From Desulfobacterales bacterium (lineage in GTDB: Bacteria > Desulfobacterota > Desulfobacteria > Desulfobacterales > UBA2174): a stretch of DNA of 64,000 bases. Below the pieces are notes generated by a model that had not been told where the DNA came from, ran no database searches, and worked only from the letters and a program-made list of their open reading frames with translations. Position 1 is the stretch's first letter; the number at the start of each line of letters is the position of its first letter. This document shows, piece after piece, positions 59,805-64,000 of this stretch. The stretch lies in contig CAXXWC010000018.1 of NCBI GenBank assembly GCA_963668645.2, forward strand, positions 544,001-608,000, in the 5' to 3' direction. The translations under genes and the position numbers were made by a program.

Positions 59805-60656
59805 ATGACATCGGCCGATTATAAAATAAAAACGATGTCCCGTGATCAAGTCGATATCGCCATCGAGTGGGCGGCATCTGAAGGGTGGAATCCCGGTCTG
59901 CATGATGGCGATTGTTTTTATTCGGCCGATCCGGAAGGATTTCTGGTTGGAGAACTCAACGACGAACCCATTGCAGCCATTTCGGTTGTGAGATATGGCA
60001 GGACTTTCGGTTTTCTGGGCTTTTATATCGTTAAGCCGGAATATCGCGGCCAGGGATATGGTATTCAGATATGGAATGCCGGCCTCGAACGTCTGGCGGG
60101 TCGAAATATCGGGCTCGATGGAGTTGTCGCCCAACAGGACAATTATAGGAAGTCAGGATTCACGCTCGCTTATCGAAATATCCGGTATGAGGGCGCCGGA
60201 GGGGGACGGCCGCCCGGATACGCGAACATCGTGGACCTGTCTCGAGTCCCCTTTGACGTTGTCGCCGCTTATGACCGGCCCTTTTTCCCCGACAGTCGCT
60301 GCCAATTTCTCAAGGCCTGGATTGATCAGCCCGGGAGTGTCACCCTTGGAATCGTGCAAGATGAAAAATTGTTGGGCTATGGAATGGTTCGAACTTGTCG
60401 ACTGGGGCACAAAATAGGCCCGCTGTTTGCGGATGATTTTGAATTGGCCGAATCTCTTTTTCTGGCGCTGAGATCCAACGTGGCGCCTGGAAGACCGATC
60501 TACCTGGATACGCCCGAAGTAAATAAAAACGCTGTTCGCTTGGCCGAGAAGCACAACATGAAATTGGTTTTTGAAACAGCAAGAATGTACAAAGGAATCT
60601 TCCCTGACTTGCCATTCGATAGACTTTTCGGTGTCACAACTTTCGAGCTTGGTTGA
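59805..60656 (+). CDS. GNAT family acetyltransferase (tandem GNAT)
   Basis: EGWNPG, YRGQGYG, KIGPLFAD, FETARMY. Confidence 0.92.
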   Translation: MTSADYKIKTMSRDQVDIAIEWAASEGWNPGLHDGDCFYSADPEGFLVGELNDEPIAAISVVRYGRTFGFLGFYIVKPEYRGQGYGIQIWNAGLERLAGRNIGLDGVVAQQDNYRKSGFTLAYRNIRYEGAGGGRPPGYANIVDLSRVPFDVVAAYDRPFFPDSRCQFLKAWIDQPGSVTLGIVQDEKLLGYGMVRTCRLGHKIGPLFADDFELAESLFLALRSNVAPGRPIYLDTPEVNKNAVRLAEKHNMKLVFETARMYKGIFPDLPFDRLFGVTTFELG

Positions 60657-61084
60657 GCACCAAACCAAGACCTCGATTGATTAGAAACAGTCAATACCAA
60701 GGCGATACCCCGGGTTTTGCCGTGACCGGTGCCGGCCCGCGGCGACGGGGGGCTTTTATGGGTTTGCTATTCGATTCGGCTGGTTATGAAAATGTGGCTT
60801 GACCGTCTCGGGAGCCTTTGGTATGCCATGATTATTTGAGTGGCGCCAAAAACGGGAGGAGCCATGGATGTTTTGCCCTAAGACCCCAATCGCCAGAAAG
60901 AACGGCGCTTGGGGTTTGTTGTTATCCCCATGGCCACCGAAAGGCCGCCATGCAACGTTACGGCCTTTGCGAAACTGCTCCCATATGCATGCATAGGCGG
61001 CCCTTTTCGAATGCGGCCGCGCCTTGTCGGACAGCCCGATTCGTTTTTGTTACGGTCGGTTAGCGCAATCAAAGGAGCCTAAAA

Positions 61085-62662
61085 ATGATATCATTTGCAA
61101 GGATTCGCACAAATGGCATTACCCCTTCATTAGCCGTGTTTTTGAGTTGCCTGACCTTCGTGCTGCCGTTTTCAGCGCCCACAGCGCTTGGCGCAGCGGA
61201 TGTTGCCGACCTGGTTGAAGATGGAATGCAACGCTATCATTCAGGAAACTTCGGGGCGGCGGCGGATGCCTTTCGCCAGGCGGCGCTCAGCGCTCCGGGA
61301 CAACCCGATGTCTATCTCTATCTTGGAACCACTAAATTGCAGGCCGGCGATCTTGCCGGCGCCATCCGTGCGTTCGAGCGCTACCTTCAACTGGCGCCTG
61401 AAGGGGATGCGGCCGATGCGGTGCGGCCAAATTTGACTCTGATCAAAAAGGCGTGGGCCAAACAGCAGGCCGAGGCCGCGGCCGGCGCGGAAAAGGCCCT
61501 GGCCCCCCTAACGGCCGAGGCTGAAAATACCATTGCCGTCTATGCCTTCGCCAATACGGGCGATTCCAAGTACGCCAACCTCTCGCGCGGCCTGGCGGCC
61601 ATGATGATTCACGACATCTTCCAGCTGGAGCGCTTCAAGGTGGTCGAACGCGTGCGCATGCAGGCGCTGCTCGACGAGCTGGCCCTGACCGGCAAGGGGG
61701 TGGTGGATCCGAATAGCTCGGCGGCGTCCGCACGCGTGCTTGGTGCCGGCAAGGTGATTGCCGGCATCTATGCGGCGGCCGCTGATCGCTTGAAGATAGA
61801 TTCCAGCCTGGTGGATACCCTTTCCGAGGGCGTCGTCGACCAGCAAATGGCCCAAGGCCCCATGCCGGCTTTCTGGGAATTGGAAAAAATGCTCGTTTTT
61901 TCGGTACTCAAAGACATGGGGGTCGACAAAAGCCAGATTCTGCCCCGGATTTTGGCCAAGGTGGAGAAGGTCCACACCAAGAGCCTGGATGCCTTTTCAG
62001 CCTACTCGGACGGTCTGGCGGCCACCGACCTTGAAGATTATGCCGAGGCCAGGCGGCAGTTCGAACGGGCCTTGCAGCAAGATCCCCATTTCACACTGGC
62101 CGCCGACGCGCTCAAGGCGCTGCCCATGGCGGCCATGACAACGGCCCAGATCGTCTCTTCCATGGAGGCGGCGGCCCCGGCGACAGAGTCGGGCACCTTG
62201 CTGGCATCGGCGAGCAGCGGCGTTTCCACGCTGGGTATCGGTGCCGCAGTGGTGGCCGTGGCGGCCGGTGCGGCGGTGGTTGCAAGCGGTGGGAGCTGGG
62301 AAGGTTCAACTTCGGGGCTGGTGGATGTCGCAGGCACATGGAATTATATGCAAACTTCAACTTCGTGCCGCAATACTGTCGCCCAGGGTACAATGACTTT
62401 TGATTATTTTAATACCGGAAACGGGTCTCAAATGATTGCAAGTATTGGAGGGGATAACATATCGGAAGATTGTGAAACCTATGGAATACAATGTAGCGAT
62501 GAAATATCCGTCGAAAGAAATCCTATGAGCGAAGGGGAGTTTCAAGAAATGATGAATCAGTTTTGTGATATTTTTTACACCCATCAGGTAACACAATTTA
62601 CCGCAAACCAAATCGTTATATACGATTCGACATATGGTGAAACCTATACGCTTACACGTTGA
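61085..62662 (+). CDS. TPR + CsgG/HfaB-like secreted protein
   Basis: Signal peptide, TPRs, IAVYAFAN..KVVERVRMQALLDEL..ARVLGA. Confidence 0.8.
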   Translation: MISFARIRTNGITPSLAVFLSCLTFVLPFSAPTALGAADVADLVEDGMQRYHSGNFGAAADAFRQAALSAPGQPDVYLYLGTTKLQAGDLAGAIRAFERYLQLAPEGDAADAVRPNLTLIKKAWAKQQAEAAAGAEKALAPLTAEAENTIAVYAFANTGDSKYANLSRGLAAMMIHDIFQLERFKVVERVRMQALLDELALTGKGVVDPNSSAASARVLGAGKVIAGIYAAAADRLKIDSSLVDTLSEGVVDQQMAQGPMPAFWELEKMLVFSVLKDMGVDKSQILPRILAKVEKVHTKSLDAFSAYSDGLAATDLEDYAEARRQFERALQQDPHFTLAADALKALPMAAMTTAQIVSSMEAAAPATESGTLLASASSGVSTLGIGAAVVAVAAGAAVVASGGSWEGSTSGLVDVAGTWNYMQTSTSCRNTVAQGTMTFDYFNTGNGSQMIASIGGDNISEDCETYGIQCSDEISVERNPMSEGEFQEMMNQFCDIFYTHQVTQFTANQIVIYDSTYGETYTLTR

Positions 62663-62707
62663 CTTGATTGATATTTGGCTGCAACCAAACCACATGAATA
62701 TAAAAAG

Positions 62708-64000
62708 GTGCGTTTTTTGTGCGCGCAATATATTCAAAAAATTCTCGATAGGACTTCGTATGTTTTCGCGAAAGTTGCCTTGAAGGCTTTTGTCTGGTTT
62801 TGTGTTTATTTCGTCCTGAATGGGATATCCGTAAATTCGGATAACTCGATAGTCTTCGCTTTTCAACAGATTCCTTCTTCTGAAAAAACAGAACCGATTT
62901 CACTGGAACAAACCATTGTCCATGCGCTGCGATACAATCCGGGGCTCTTCGATCAAAAAAATGTCCTTGCCAGCGCCAGACTCTCGCTGGATGCGACCCG
63001 CACGGACTTCAAGATCCAGATCGTGCCGGCTGGAAATGCCGGTATTTCCGGCGGCGATGGCTTGAACGAACATGGCGTCTATTCGGCAGGCATCGCGGTG
63101 AGCCGGGATTTTCCGTCCGGGACCCAAGTGGCCGTCTCACCGCAAATCGGCAAATACGACAGCGACGACGGGAGCGTTTTCGCCAACAGCGTGGGCATCG
63201 AGTTGACCCAGCCGCTCTTGCGCGGTTTGAACCGGGAGTACAATCTGAGCGGGGTGATGGGCGCCGAGTACTCGGTGCGTTCGGCCCGGCGCCGGTATTT
63301 TCTGTCACAGGTGGATGTCGTCGTTCAGAGCGTCGCCGCGTTTTACAACAATTTGCTGCAACGCCAGCTGGTGCAAAACAGACGCCAATCCGTCGGCCGG
63401 CTAGAGGCGTTCACCCGGTCGGCCAAGATCAAACGGGAAATCGGCCTGGCGACGACCGAAGACGAATACCGCGCCACCCAAAAGCTCAAGCAGGCCCGCG
63501 ACGATCTGGTGGCCAGCGAGCAGGCGTTGAAAAAGGCCGAGGACACCTTAAGGCAGATTCTGGGGTGGCCGATGAGCCGCCCCATATCCGTGCAAGGCGA
63601 TTTGGCTTTCCAGGAGGCGGCGATCGATGAGGCCCAGACGGTGGCCACCGCCCTGGAAAGGCGGGTGGAAATCGACCAGGCCCGGGACGCCTTGAGCGAA
63701 CAGCAGCGCCTGTCGCGGGATGCGGCGCACCGGCTGCTGCCGGATCTGGACATCTCGCTGTATTACGAGGTGAACGGGGAATCTTCTTCCTTCGCATCTG
63801 CCACGGCCCTGGACGATACCCGCTGGGGGATAAGCCTGAGTACCAGCGCCGACTTGTTCCGCCACAAGGAAAAGGCCGCCTACCGCAAGAGCCTGTTGGC
63901 CGTCGAGGACGCCAAGCGCAGCCTGGCGACCTTGCGCGACGACATCGTACGCCAGGTGCGCGAAACCATCCGCAACCTGAACGAATTTGCCGCCCGCATC
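62708..64000 (+). CDS. TolC-family outer-membrane protein (partial, runs off the window; start uncertain)
   Basis: Open frame with ISLEQTIVHALRYNP, LTQPLLRG, LLPDLDI. Confidence 0.78.
   Translation, partial: MRFLCAQYIQKILDRTSYVFAKVALKAFVWFCVYFVLNGISVNSDNSIVFAFQQIPSSEKTEPISLEQTIVHALRYNPGLFDQKNVLASARLSLDATRTDFKIQIVPAGNAGISGGDGLNEHGVYSAGIAVSRDFPSGTQVAVSPQIGKYDSDDGSVFANSVGIELTQPLLRGLNREYNLSGVMGAEYSVRSARRRYFLSQVDVVVQSVAAFYNNLLQRQLVQNRRQSVGRLEAFTRSAKIKREIGLATTEDEYRATQKLKQARDDLVASEQALKKAEDTLRQILGWPMSRPISVQGDLAFQEAAIDEAQTVATALERRVEIDQARDALSEQQRLSRDAAHRLLPDLDISLYYEVNGESSSFASATALDDTRWGISLSTSADLFRHKEKAAYRKSLLAVEDAKRSLATLRDDIVRQVRETIRNLNEFAARI

Noticed and set aside
1..64000. tRNA, rRNA or prophage structural genes
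   Set aside because: None recognised by eye; a tRNAscan/Infernal run would be needed to exclude small RNAs.

Overview
GC-rich genomic window, probably from a sulfate-reducing Desulfobacterales-type deltaproteobacterium (inferred from the dsrP paralogue, dockerin-tailed surface proteins and corrinoid methyltransferases). (1) 2.7-21.4 kb is an integron cassette array with an attI-like site but no adjacent intI. Its six cassettes are recognised by R'/R'' pairs (five perfect, one with a mismatch) and encode a metallophosphoesterase + HSP90-like ATPase pair, an HNH-like protein, an orphan protein, a fused SIR2-APAZ-Argonaute, a bPH_2 protein and LysE. Mobile elements have inserted into the array repeatedly. 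A three-tyrosine-recombinase (RIT-like) element and a 667-bp deleted relative each sit exactly at the G|TT crossover of a different attC. A group II intron remnant sits in a third attC, and an IS with an 8-bp TSD splits the Argonaute gene. (2) 21.9-28.6 kb is a TRAP transporter + cobalamin-dependent demethylation operon. (3) 30-41.3 kb is a candidate new RiPP/protein-modification cluster: a Tat-signal PqqD/RRE protein, two radical SAM/SPASM enzymes, a 2576-aa TPR/beta-helix/dockerin protein and a Cys-rich peptide ending GGGGGVYWYPY. (4) The rest is toxin-antitoxin modules, pseudogene debris and ordinary accessory genes. All calls come from motif reading by eye; no searches were run.
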